DNA from: an uncultured Micavibrio sp.
Lineage (GTDB): Bacteria; Pseudomonadota; Alphaproteobacteria; Micavibrionales; UBA2020
DNA length: 64,000 bases
Direction: 5' to 3'
NCBI GenBank assembly: GCA_964551435.1
Contig: CAZKBS010000001.1
Coordinates: 285,422 to 349,421 of the forward strand
Below the pieces are notes generated by a model. The model did not search any database and was not told the origin of the DNA. It was given only the letters and a program-made list of their open reading frames with translations. The position numbers and the translations under genes were made by a program. Within the stretch, counting starts at the first letter, position 1; every line of letters begins with the position of its first letter. This document shows positions 10,041-18,374 of this stretch, one piece after another.

Positions 10041-11666
10041 ATGTCCAGACTAGAACAGCTTCCCGCACAGCCCGCCGAAGAACATTTCCAAATCCCGCAA
10101 AAGGGGGCAAAGGATCTAGCGAATATGCTGGATGGGAACGGCGTAAAGGTCGATCAGGTCCGGCTTGCCAGACACGATACGCAGGTACATCTGGTGCATG
10201 CGCAAATGCGCGTCGAGCTGAAACCGGATATGACCGTCAGCCAGCGCAGCGGCAGCCAACCCAGCGGCAAAACTATGCCCACCAAAGAAGCAGTCATGCA
10301 GGACGCTGCCGCGCAGGCGAAAACATTGGTCAGCGACGATAACGTCCAGCGTGAAATCGGCGAATTCATCGATAAAAAACCCGGACGGTCTTTTGGCGAA
10401 AGGCCTTTTCGCTTCAAGCTTGCCGCCGCGCATCAGGAATATTCGGTTATCGACAAGTGCCTGAAGTGTAACGGCGCGACGACAAACCCCTGCGGCACCT
10501 GCAGTGCCAGCGGACAAGCACCCTGTACGGGCTGCGCAGGACAGGGTGCGACGCAATGCACTGTCTGCTATGGCACCGGCCAGCAACAGCGCGGCGATGG
10601 ATCGCGCGTACCTTGCGTAAAATGCAGCGGTAGCGGCCGCAGCGTTTGCATGACTTGTCAGGGCATGAAAAATCAGCGCTGCGTCGTTTGCAACGGCAAT
10701 GGCCGCACCGCGTGTACGGAATGTGATCGAAGTGGCCACTGGACATACGTTTACGATGCGCATTGGCATTGCGAAGCGCAGTTCGAGCTGGACAGAAAAC
10801 AAACCCTTCCCGAAGTTGTCGAGGTTGTCGAACATCTGGGCATCCAGAAAACCGCGACGGAGGGGCATGCCGAAATCCTGCGGCTGATATCGGAAGTCGA
10901 AGACGACAAGCTTATTCTTCCCTATATCGCGCTGCTGCCCGTGGCGCAGGTTGAGTTTTCAATTATCGGAAAAACACATCCCGCCGTTATTGCGGGCCTG
11001 CATGGACGAATCATCGAAATCGAACCGCTAATCGACACCCTGACTAAACCGGGGGTCAGCGCCATGGTGAAGCTGTCCAAGGGCCCCATGGCGGCGGCCG
11101 CGCTGGTTGCCAGCGCCTGCCGCTTTAAAATGATACGGCAAGTTCTGGCGGGTCTTGCGCACCATAGCAAAAGCCATGTGTACCAAAAGCTGCGCCGCGA
11201 ATATCAAATTCTGATTACCGAGAAATACGCCAAAGCAACCATCCGCTACGCGGACCTTGCGCTGCTGGCATTGGCAGAGGGGCCGCGCTGGAAAGGACTT
11301 ATCGTTGGCGTTGTAGCAGCGGGCGGCATTTTTGCCGGATATTTCATGAGTCCCGTGCGTGAAACTGTGCGCGGCATGATGGTGCAGCAGCGTCTGGAAC
11401 AGCATATTCTGGCTGCCGATTTCGCGCTGTGGCTGCTGGGCTGGGGCGTAGCGGTTCTGGTCATCAAAATCTTCGCCGCAAATGCGCTCAAAAAGATTTT
11501 GCCGCAGAATGTGCAGACCGACGACCGCGGCTTGCCGGCGGCGGGGAAACAGGGATGGGTTGCACTGGGTGTAACAGCGGCAGTATGGCTCGCCGTCGCG
11601 TTTTTCTCCTCGCCCAAGCCTGAATGGATTGTCAACATTCTTCAAAAAGCCGGAATTTCGCTGTGA
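10041..11666 (+). CDS. membrane protein with an eight-fold DnaJ-type CxxCxGxG cysteine-rich zinc-finger domain
   Basis: 541 aa. Residues 140-232 (nt 10458-10736) carry CLKCNGAT, CGTCSASG, CTGCAGQG, CTVCYGTG, CVKCSGSG, CMTCQGMK, CVVCNGNG and CTECDRSG. Three predicted C-terminal TM helices follow. I recognise no other family signature. Confidence 0.7.
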   Translation: MSRLEQLPAQPAEEHFQIPQKGAKDLANMLDGNGVKVDQVRLARHDTQVHLVHAQMRVELKPDMTVSQRSGSQPSGKTMPTKEAVMQDAAAQAKTLVSDDNVQREIGEFIDKKPGRSFGERPFRFKLAAAHQEYSVIDKCLKCNGATTNPCGTCSASGQAPCTGCAGQGATQCTVCYGTGQQQRGDGSRVPCVKCSGSGRSVCMTCQGMKNQRCVVCNGNGRTACTECDRSGHWTYVYDAHWHCEAQFELDRKQTLPEVVEVVEHLGIQKTATEGHAEILRLISEVEDDKLILPYIALLPVAQVEFSIIGKTHPAVIAGLHGRIIEIEPLIDTLTKPGVSAMVKLSKGPMAAAALVASACRFKMIRQVLAGLAHHSKSHVYQKLRREYQILITEKYAKATIRYADLALLALAEGPRWKGLIVGVVAAGGIFAGYFMSPVRETVRGMMVQQRLEQHILAADFALWLLGWGVAVLVIKIFAANALKKILPQNVQTDDRGLPAAGKQGWVALGVTAAVWLAVAFFSSPKPEWIVNILQKAGISL

Positions 11667-12982
11667 TAAAACATTTTGTGACCGCCGCCGCGCTGTGCAG
11701 CCTTGTTCTGGTGTCCGGCTGCACGGGCATTTCGCGCGGCATTGCTGAAGCCGTTCTTGACCGAAAAGTCGAAGACACGCGCCAGTGCCAGATGCAGGGG
11801 CCGAAATTTGGCGGACTGCAACAAAGCCTCGACAAACATGCCAGCGACGCAAACGGCACGACCAAGGTTCTGATGGTGCATGGTATCAGCCATCACACGG
11901 CAGGCTATTCCAACCGTTTCCGCGATAGGCTGGCGGCATCACTGGGGCTTGAAATTGTCGACCCGGAGGTGAAAACCATCCAGCTGTCCGCGCCGGATAT
12001 TATGCCCACGCAGGATGGCGCGCCGCCGGAGCTTGGCACACTGCGCATCACCCGTCACAGTAGCCGCAATGACAGGCGCAGCTTGCTGTTTTATGAACTG
12101 ACATGGTCGCCGATTACGGAGGAAGAGAAAAAACTCATCCTCTATGATACCGCCAATACCGAGGGGCTGGCACGCAGCGGCATCAACCACACCATGAAGG
12201 GGTTTTTGAACGCCACTGTCCCCGACCTGCTGATTTACATGGGTGATGGCCACGATAAAATCACCGCATCGGTGCGCGAATCCGTTTGCTGGATGTTTTC
12301 CAGTGACTGGTTCGGCCTGCCCGTAGGCGGCGGGCGCTATGCCTGCCATCAGTGGCAGGGCACGGCAATGGAGCAGGTCGCAAATGATGATTATTTCTTT
12401 ATCACGCACAGCCTCGGCAGTCGCATCACGCTGGACACCATCCAGTCTTTTGTAACGGATAGCAAAAGCGCGCTGCCCGGCAGCCGCCTTCAGAGCATTC
12501 GCGGGCTGGTGCGCGATAAAGATTTCACCGTTTTCATGCTGGCAAACCAGTTGCCGCTGCTTCAGCTGGGGCGTGAGGCGCCGGCCGTCACCGGAAAGTT
12601 CCGCGAATACTGCACCGCGAACGGGGAGCTGAAAGCACAGCGTATTTTGCACCGTTTAAATATCGTCGCCTTCAGCGACCCGAACGATATCCTGTCCTAT
12701 CCGGTGCAGGACGATTTCGCGCAGCAGCATATCGACAGCCGCATCTGCCCGCGCCTTGCCAATGTCAGTATCAACGTCGCCCAGCAGCGCGACATTTTCG
12801 GCGCCGCCAGTTTTGCCGACCCGCTGACCGCGCATAACGGATATCTGGAAGATCCGCGCGTGATTTCGTTGATTACAAACGGCACGGGCGATGGCGAAAA
12901 GACGGAACCCGCGGACGGCAAATGCAGCTGGCAGGAAATGCGGCGCACGCCAAAGCCTGAAAGTCCCGCTGCGCAGCCATAA
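11663..12982 (+). CDS. lipoprotein, putative alpha/beta-fold serine hydrolase
   Basis: The GTG at 11663 overlaps the upstream stop (GTGA) and gives MIKHFVTAAALCSLVLVSGC with a lipobox (LVSGC). The alternative start is ATG 11624. A nucleophile-elbow-like motif HSLGS lies at 12407-12421, with later SDPND and AHNGY as possible Asp and His. Confidence 0.65.
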   Translation: MIKHFVTAAALCSLVLVSGCTGISRGIAEAVLDRKVEDTRQCQMQGPKFGGLQQSLDKHASDANGTTKVLMVHGISHHTAGYSNRFRDRLAASLGLEIVDPEVKTIQLSAPDIMPTQDGAPPELGTLRITRHSSRNDRRSLLFYELTWSPITEEEKKLILYDTANTEGLARSGINHTMKGFLNATVPDLLIYMGDGHDKITASVRESVCWMFSSDWFGLPVGGGRYACHQWQGTAMEQVANDDYFFITHSLGSRITLDTIQSFVTDSKSALPGSRLQSIRGLVRDKDFTVFMLANQLPLLQLGREAPAVTGKFREYCTANGELKAQRILHRLNIVAFSDPNDILSYPVQDDFAQQHIDSRICPRLANVSINVAQQRDIFGAASFADPLTAHNGYLEDPRVISLITNGTGDGEKTEPADGKCSWQEMRRTPKPESPAAQP

Positions 12983-13016
12983 AAAAACGCCCCGCTTTGA
13001 ACGGGGCGTTTTTTTA
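12981..13016. terminator. bidirectional Rho-independent terminator
   Basis: AAAAAA-ACGCCCCG-ctttgaa-CGGGGCGT-TTTTTTT, located between the convergent lipoprotein gene (stop 12982) and rho (stop 13028). Confidence 0.8.
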
Positions 13017-13027
13017 TGCGGGTTCTT

Positions 13028-14485
13028 TTACTGGTTCATCAGTTTAAAGAACTCGTCATTGTTTTTGGTGTCTTTCATTTTATCAATCAGGAATTCGACA
13101 GCATCGACCGTGCCCATGGAGGACATGAGCTTACGCAGAATCCACATCTTGCTGAGCATGCCGTCTTCGACCAGAAGCTCTTCCTTGCGGGTACCGGATT
13201 TCTGGATGTCGATGGCGGGGAAAACGCGCTTGTCGGAAATTTTACGGTCGAGCACGATTTCGGCGTTACCCGTACCTTTGAATTCCTCGAAAATGACCTC
13301 GTCCATGCGCGAGCCAGTATCGATCAGCGCCGTCGCGATGATGGTCAGCGAGCCGCCCTGTTCGATGTTACGCGCCGCACCAAAGAAGCGCTTGGGACGT
13401 TGCAGGGCGTTGGCATCCACACCGCCCGTCAGAACTTTACCGGACGATGGCACAACCGTGTTGTACGCGCGGCCAAGGCGGGTGATGGAGTCGAGAAGAA
13501 TGACCACATCGCGCTTGTGTTCGACAAGGCGCTTGGCTTTTTCAAGCACCATCTCCGCCACCTGCACGTGACGTGCGGCAGGCTCGTCGAAGGTGGAAGA
13601 AATGACTTCGCCTTTCACGGAGCGCGCCATATCGGTCACTTCCTCGGGGCGTTCGTCAATCAGAAGAACGATCAGATAGGCGTTCGGATGGTTGGTTTCG
13701 ATGGAATTGGCGATGTTTTGCATCATCACCGTTTTACCGGTACGCGGCGGCGCCACAATCAGCGCACGCTGGCCGAAGCCAAGGGGCGATACCAGTTCGA
13801 TAACACGCTGCAGCTGCACCTGGACGGGGCCTTTGCCCTTGCGCGGCGCGCCGATGGTGCCGGCGGTCGGGTCGTCCAGTTCCAGCTTGATTTTGCGATC
13901 GGGATAAAGCGGGGTGAGGTTGTCGAAGTTGATGCGGTGACGGATCTGTTCGGGATGTTCGAAGTTGATCTGGTTCACGCGCAGAAGGGCAAAGTAGCGT
14001 TCGTTGTCTTTTGGGGCGCGGATTTCGCCTTCGACCGTATCGCCGGTACGCAGGCCAAAACGCTTGATCTGGCTGGGCGAGACGTAAATGTCATCGGGGC
14101 CCGGCAGGTAGTTTTCTTCGGGGCTACGCAGAAAGCCGAAGCCATCCTGCAAAACCTCGAGAACGCCCGAGCCGGAAATAGGAATATCCTGTTCGGCCAG
14201 TTGTTTCAGGATGGCAAACATCATTTCCTGTTTGCGCAGGGTGGAGGCGTTTTCGATACCCACTTCCTCGGCATAGGTCAAAAGCTCGGCGGGGGATTTG
14301 GCTTTCAGTTCCTGCAAATCCATCGGCTTGACGTTGGGGTCACGGCGGGCCATGGCTTCTTCTTCGGCCGCAAGCTCTTCGGGCGTCGGTTCATAGGGCT
14401 GGTTGCCGTGGCCGCCATGGCCATGATGATTGCCGTTTCCATTGCCGCCGTGGCGGGAGCCGGAATGACGTGAGCGTTTTACCAC
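13028..14485 (-). CDS. rho: transcription termination factor Rho (possible N-terminal extension)
   Basis: The canonical Rho sequence begins at [20 protein letters not shown] (ATG 14323), with a Walker A motif (PPRTGKT) and an RNA-binding domain. The frame stays open upstream. GTG 14485 has a GAAAGAG Shine-Dalgarno-like element, and ATG 14353 is a further alternative. Confidence 0.95.
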   Translation of the reverse strand: MVKRSRHSGSRHGGNGNGNHHGHGGHGNQPYEPTPEELAAEEEAMARRDPNVKPMDLQELKAKSPAELLTYAEEVGIENASTLRKQEMMFAILKQLAEQDIPISGSGVLEVLQDGFGFLRSPEENYLPGPDDIYVSPSQIKRFGLRTGDTVEGEIRAPKDNERYFALLRVNQINFEHPEQIRHRINFDNLTPLYPDRKIKLELDDPTAGTIGAPRKGKGPVQVQLQRVIELVSPLGFGQRALIVAPPRTGKTVMMQNIANSIETNHPNAYLIVLLIDERPEEVTDMARSVKGEVISSTFDEPAARHVQVAEMVLEKAKRLVEHKRDVVILLDSITRLGRAYNTVVPSSGKVLTGGVDANALQRPKRFFGAARNIEQGGSLTIIATALIDTGSRMDEVIFEEFKGTGNAEIVLDRKISDKRVFPAIDIQKSGTRKEELLVEDGMLSKMWILRKLMSSMGTVDAVEFLIDKMKDTKNNDEFFKLMNQ

Positions 14486-14668
14486 TGGGATACTCTTTCG
14501 TTGGTCTTGTCTGGTTGTTGGGTCGTTATCTGAAAGCCCGGGAAGTTTTTTTGGAGAGGGGGTGACAGAAAAGTTGTGCGGAAGGCACAAAAGTCACGCC
14601 GGAAAGTGTCCGATATGCATTTGGTGAATATCAAAAGGACGGAAATGCCTTTTTCGGCGGATATTTTA

Positions 14669-14697
14669 AGATTATCAAAATTCCATATGATTGTCAA
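14669..14697 (-). promoter_or_regulatory. sigma70-type promoter, probably for rho
   Basis: On the minus strand: TTGACA (14697-14692), a 17-nt spacer, then TAATCT (14674-14669). This implies a leader of roughly 175 nt before GTG 14485. Confidence 0.45.
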
Positions 14698-14786
14698 CAA
14701 GGGGTCTTTCCTCGTTATTTATTAACATAATGTTATGCTTTGGGCGTTATGATTGGGGCATTGGGTTTAAAAGAAAAGGGCCTATT

Positions 14787-15800
14787 ATGTTGAAAGCGAT
14801 ATTCGGATTTTCATCCAATACCGATTTTTACAATCCGGCGGGCAAGCCGGTGCATGATCTTTTGTCCACCAAAGAAAAAATCAAAGGCCGTGTTTTGCCT
14901 CTGCTCGGGCAGGTCTCTCTTTTTGCGCTGTCTGTCGGGATGTCTGCCATGGGCGCATCGCTTGAGGAAGCGGCGCTGAGCGTCGGCATTCTGGGCGGCC
15001 TTGCCGCCTATATGCGGCATAGCCAGCTTTCGAATTACAAAAAGAAACTCGATAACGAAAATCTTTATGATTTGTCGAGCCCGCAAGACGCTGCACGTTT
15101 TCACGAAAAGTATCCGGAACACAAAGGACTGCCCGCGCAGCTGCACCTGATTGCAGCCGAAGCGGGGCTTGATAAACCCCCTTTACTGCATGTGGGCGAA
15201 AATACGGATTATGCGGCTATCCTGGATCTTAATTTCGGCAAAAAGAAAAACTTGCTGATTGAAATAAACCCCAAAATTCTGAAAGAAGAATCTCCCGCGC
15301 TGGTTGCCCATTTGCTTGCGCATGAAATCGGGCATGGCCGGCTGGGACATACAAATAGCCTGCCTGCTGTCGTTTCAGGAACAGCGATAGGTGCACATAT
15401 CAGCGCCGGTGTGCAAATGGCTGTCAGCGGAAATTATCTTGGCGGTATTTTCTATACCGCCGCCGCGCTGACAGCGCACAAGATGGCCGGCGCAAAAAGC
15501 CAGCAATACAAAGAGCGGGAATGTGACAGGCACGCGTTGCTCGTATCCGGTGTCGGGCGTGAAGCGGCGGACTTCTTTGAAAAAGGCACAACGCAGCTCG
15601 AAAAGGGCGCCCCTTTGCCGCTACGGATAGCCTTTGGCGCCATTGATACCTATCAAAGTCTGATGGCGGCGCATCCAAGCCATGAAAAGCGTACTCAATA
15701 TTTCCGTGATTTCACCGATGCCAACCGCGCGTATTTGGAAAAGACCCGCATTAAAAACGGGCTGGCTCCATCAAAACCGCACCGCTTTAAAATGGTTTAA
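14787..15800 (+). CDS. M48-family (HtpX-like) zinc metallopeptidase, membrane-embedded
   Basis: HEIGH lies at 15321-15335 (LLAHEIGHGRLGH), flanked by hydrophobic segments, with downstream ERECDRHAL and AAHPSHEKR resembling M48 motifs. The likely start is ATG 14787. GC content is visibly lower than in the neighbouring genes. Confidence 0.75.
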   Translation: MLKAIFGFSSNTDFYNPAGKPVHDLLSTKEKIKGRVLPLLGQVSLFALSVGMSAMGASLEEAALSVGILGGLAAYMRHSQLSNYKKKLDNENLYDLSSPQDAARFHEKYPEHKGLPAQLHLIAAEAGLDKPPLLHVGENTDYAAILDLNFGKKKNLLIEINPKILKEESPALVAHLLAHEIGHGRLGHTNSLPAVVSGTAIGAHISAGVQMAVSGNYLGGIFYTAAALTAHKMAGAKSQQYKERECDRHALLVSGVGREAADFFEKGTTQLEKGAPLPLRIAFGAIDTYQSLMAAHPSHEKRTQYFRDFTDANRAYLEKTRIKNGLAPSKPHRFKMV

Positions 15801-16236
15801 CCACAGCCAGAATAACGATCGCCATCATCAAAAGCGTCGGTATTTCGTTTATTTTGCGATAAAATTTGTGTGATTTTTTGTTTTCATCACGCAGGAAAAC
15901 CTTTCGCGTATAGGCGAGATATCCATGAAAGCCGCTCATCGCCAGAACCAGCGTCAGCTTCGCATGCATCCAGCCCTGCCCTGTCATGATGCCCGCATTC
16001 GCGTGCAGCATCAGAAGCCCGAAAATCCACGCGGCAATCATTGCGGGGTTCATGATAATCTTGAGCAGTTTGCGCTCCATGATTTTCAGGGTTTCGGATA
16101 GCTCGGAGCCTTTTTCCGCTTCGGCATGATACACGTACAAACGCGGCAAATAGAAAATACCTGCCATCCACGATATCACCGCTATCAGGTGTAATGCTTT
16201 GAACCAGAGGTAATGCGTGGCAATAAAATCGTGCAT
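15787..16236 (-). CDS. hemJ: protoporphyrinogen IX oxidase HemJ
   Basis: 149 aa with YLWFKALHLIAVISWMAGIFYLPRLYVYHAE, the HemJ/UPF0093 signature. It lies directly downstream of hemH. Confidence 0.85.
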   Translation of the reverse strand: MHDFIATHYLWFKALHLIAVISWMAGIFYLPRLYVYHAEAEKGSELSETLKIMERKLLKIIMNPAMIAAWIFGLLMLHANAGIMTGQGWMHAKLTLVLAMSGFHGYLAYTRKVFLRDENKKSHKFYRKINEIPTLLMMAIVILAVVKPF

Positions 16237-16254
16237 GATGTTTCCGTTCCGGGG

Positions 16255-17295
16255 TTAAAGGGCGCAGCCGCAGCGCTTGAAGGTTTCGGGGCAAACACGC
16301 TGCCAGACCTTGCCCGCGAGTTTGTCTTCGACCAGCGCGGCGAGGCCGGCGATAAAATCGGGATGGACAAATACGGTCGGCACGCGCGCGAAATAGGGGA
16401 TACCTTTTTCATGGGCGTATTCGCGGTATTCTTCTTCGATTTCGACCAGCGTTTCGACATGTTCGTTCACAAAGGCATGCGGATAAACAATCACCCCGAC
16501 GCCATCGGCGGCGGCCTTGTCGAGCGCCTGTTCGGTCGAGGGGCCGATCCATTTCAGCGGGCCGACGCGGCTTTGATAGCAGACCTGCCAGTCGAGGTTT
16601 TCAACATTCATGGCCGCGGCAATTTTTTGCGCGGTCTGTTCGCACTGGAATTGATAGGGATCGCCGCCTGCAATCGTTTTTTCGGGCAGGCCATGGGCGG
16701 AAAACAGCACGCGTGTCTTTGGCGGCGCCTTCGCCAGTTCCGCGCGCACCAGCGCGGCGGAAGCATTGATAAAACCGGATTGATACGGATAGCAGCAGAT
16801 TTTTTGCGTCGGGATATCAAGCTCGGCTTTTTTCGCCTCGCGCTGCCAGTTTTGAATGGATGAAAAACTGGTTGTGGTCGAAAACTGCGGATACAGCGGC
16901 AGCAGGATAATCTGGTCGGGATTGAACGCTTTGACCTGACGCACAACGTCGGGCGACAGCGGATGCCAATAGCGCATGGTGACGAAAGTTTTCAGCTGCG
17001 GCCATTTTTGCTGAAGCAAGATCTCCAGCGCGCGCGCCTGCGCTTCGGTATTTTCAAGCAAGGGCGATTTTCCGCCCAGTGCGGCATAAGATGTTTTGGC
17101 CGCCCCGCGCCCGCGGCTGAAAGAAATCCATTTCGCCAGCATCCAGCGGATCGGCAGCGGTGCGCCGATGATATTCTTGTCCATGAAAAAATTGAACAGG
17201 AAGGGTTTGATATCCCCTTCTTTGAGCGGCCCGCCGAGGTTCATCACAACAACGGCGATTTTGGGGTTTTGGCTGGGGGTATAAGGGCTGGTCAT
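16255..17295 (-). CDS. hemH: ferrochelatase
   Basis: From ATG 17295: MTSPYTPSQNPKIAVVVMNLGGP..., then LPLYPQFSTTT and FSAHGLPE motifs. The upstream part of the ORF (to 17514) overlaps hemE and is not credible. Confidence 0.93.
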   Translation of the reverse strand: MTSPYTPSQNPKIAVVVMNLGGPLKEGDIKPFLFNFFMDKNIIGAPLPIRWMLAKWISFSRGRGAAKTSYAALGGKSPLLENTEAQARALEILLQQKWPQLKTFVTMRYWHPLSPDVVRQVKAFNPDQIILLPLYPQFSTTTSFSSIQNWQREAKKAELDIPTQKICCYPYQSGFINASAALVRAELAKAPPKTRVLFSAHGLPEKTIAGGDPYQFQCEQTAQKIAAAMNVENLDWQVCYQSRVGPLKWIGPSTEQALDKAAADGVGVIVYPHAFVNEHVETLVEIEEEYREYAHEKGIPYFARVPTVFVHPDFIAGLAALVEDKLAGKVWQRVCPETFKRCGCAL

Positions 17296-17315
17296 GGCGT
17301 TTTCCTTTTTGCCCC

Positions 17316-18374
17316 TTATGTAGCGCGCTGCCAGCTGCGGACAATCCCCACCAGCTCCGCCACATGTTCGGGTGGCGTTTCCTTGATAACGCCATGACCA
17401 AGATTGAAAACGAAAGGACGGCCTTCGGCAGCAGCCAGAATGTCGAGTGCAGCGCGGCGCATGGTATCGCCACCTGCCAGAAGTTTTTCGGGGTCCAGAT
17501 TGCCCTGCAGGCACACATGGCGCGGCATGGATGCAATATCCGCCTGCGGATCAAGACCAAGTGCGGCAATGCCCGTTTCAGCCGCATAGGCCGTGTAATG
17601 CGCGCCTGCTTGACGTGGAAAGCCTATAACGGGCACATCGGGCGCCGCCGCGTGAACCTGATCGATAACCCGCTTTGTCGGGGCAATCACCCAGTCTTGG
17701 AAATGGGCATCGGGCACAAGGCCTGCCCAGCTATCGAAAAGCTGTACGGTATCGGCGCCATGACGGATTTGCGATATCAGATAGCGTGCGGTGACATCGG
17801 AAAGCTTTAGCAAAAATTCCTGAAAGCCTCTGCTATCTGCCAAGGCCATTTCTTTCGCGCGCGCAAAACTGCCGCCACCGCGGCCATGCAGCATATAACA
17901 GGCAATCGTCCACGGCGCACCTGCAAAACCGATAAGGGTTTTATCGGCAGGCAATTCACGCTTGAGGATATCAATCGTTCGATAAACAGGCGCCAGTCTG
18001 GATTCAAAACCGGCTGTGTCCAGCCTGTCGATATCGGAAAGTTTTTCAAGCGGCGGGAGCTGCGGGCCTTCGCCTTCAATGAATGTCAAACCCTGACCGA
18101 GCGCATGCGGAATAACCAGAATATCTGAAAACAGTATAGCGGCATCAAAGTCGTAACGCCGCAGTGGCTGGAGGGTGATTTCTGCCGCCATAGAGGGGTT
18201 ATAGCAAAGATTAAGAAAAGACCCCGCCTCTGCCCGCAGAGCGCGGTATTCGGGCAGATAACGGCCTGCCTGACGCATCAGCCACAAGGGTACGCGGGGC
18301 GTGATACGGCCCTGCAGCGTTTCCAGCATGGGTTTTTCTATAACTGTTGATATCATGGCGGCCTTGCTTTGCAT
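17316..18374 (-). CDS. hemE: uroporphyrinogen decarboxylase
   Basis: PLWLMRQAGRYLPEYR and ILFSDILV motifs. The start is either ATG 18374 or ATG 18356. Confidence 0.93.
   Translation of the reverse strand: MQSKAAMISTVIEKPMLETLQGRITPRVPLWLMRQAGRYLPEYRALRAEAGSFLNLCYNPSMAAEITLQPLRRYDFDAAILFSDILVIPHALGQGLTFIEGEGPQLPPLEKLSDIDRLDTAGFESRLAPVYRTIDILKRELPADKTLIGFAGAPWTIACYMLHGRGGGSFARAKEMALADSRGFQEFLLKLSDVTARYLISQIRHGADTVQLFDSWAGLVPDAHFQDWVIAPTKRVIDQVHAAAPDVPVIGFPRQAGAHYTAYAAETGIAALGLDPQADIASMPRHVCLQGNLDPEKLLAGGDTMRRAALDILAAAEGRPFVFNLGHGVIKETPPEHVAELVGIVRSWQRAT

Noticed and set aside
14722-14736. TTAAcataatgTTAT upstream of the M48-like peptidase gene, as a second CtrA box.
   Set aside because: One half-site is imperfect (TTAT) and the surrounding DNA is generally AT-rich, so a chance match is likely.
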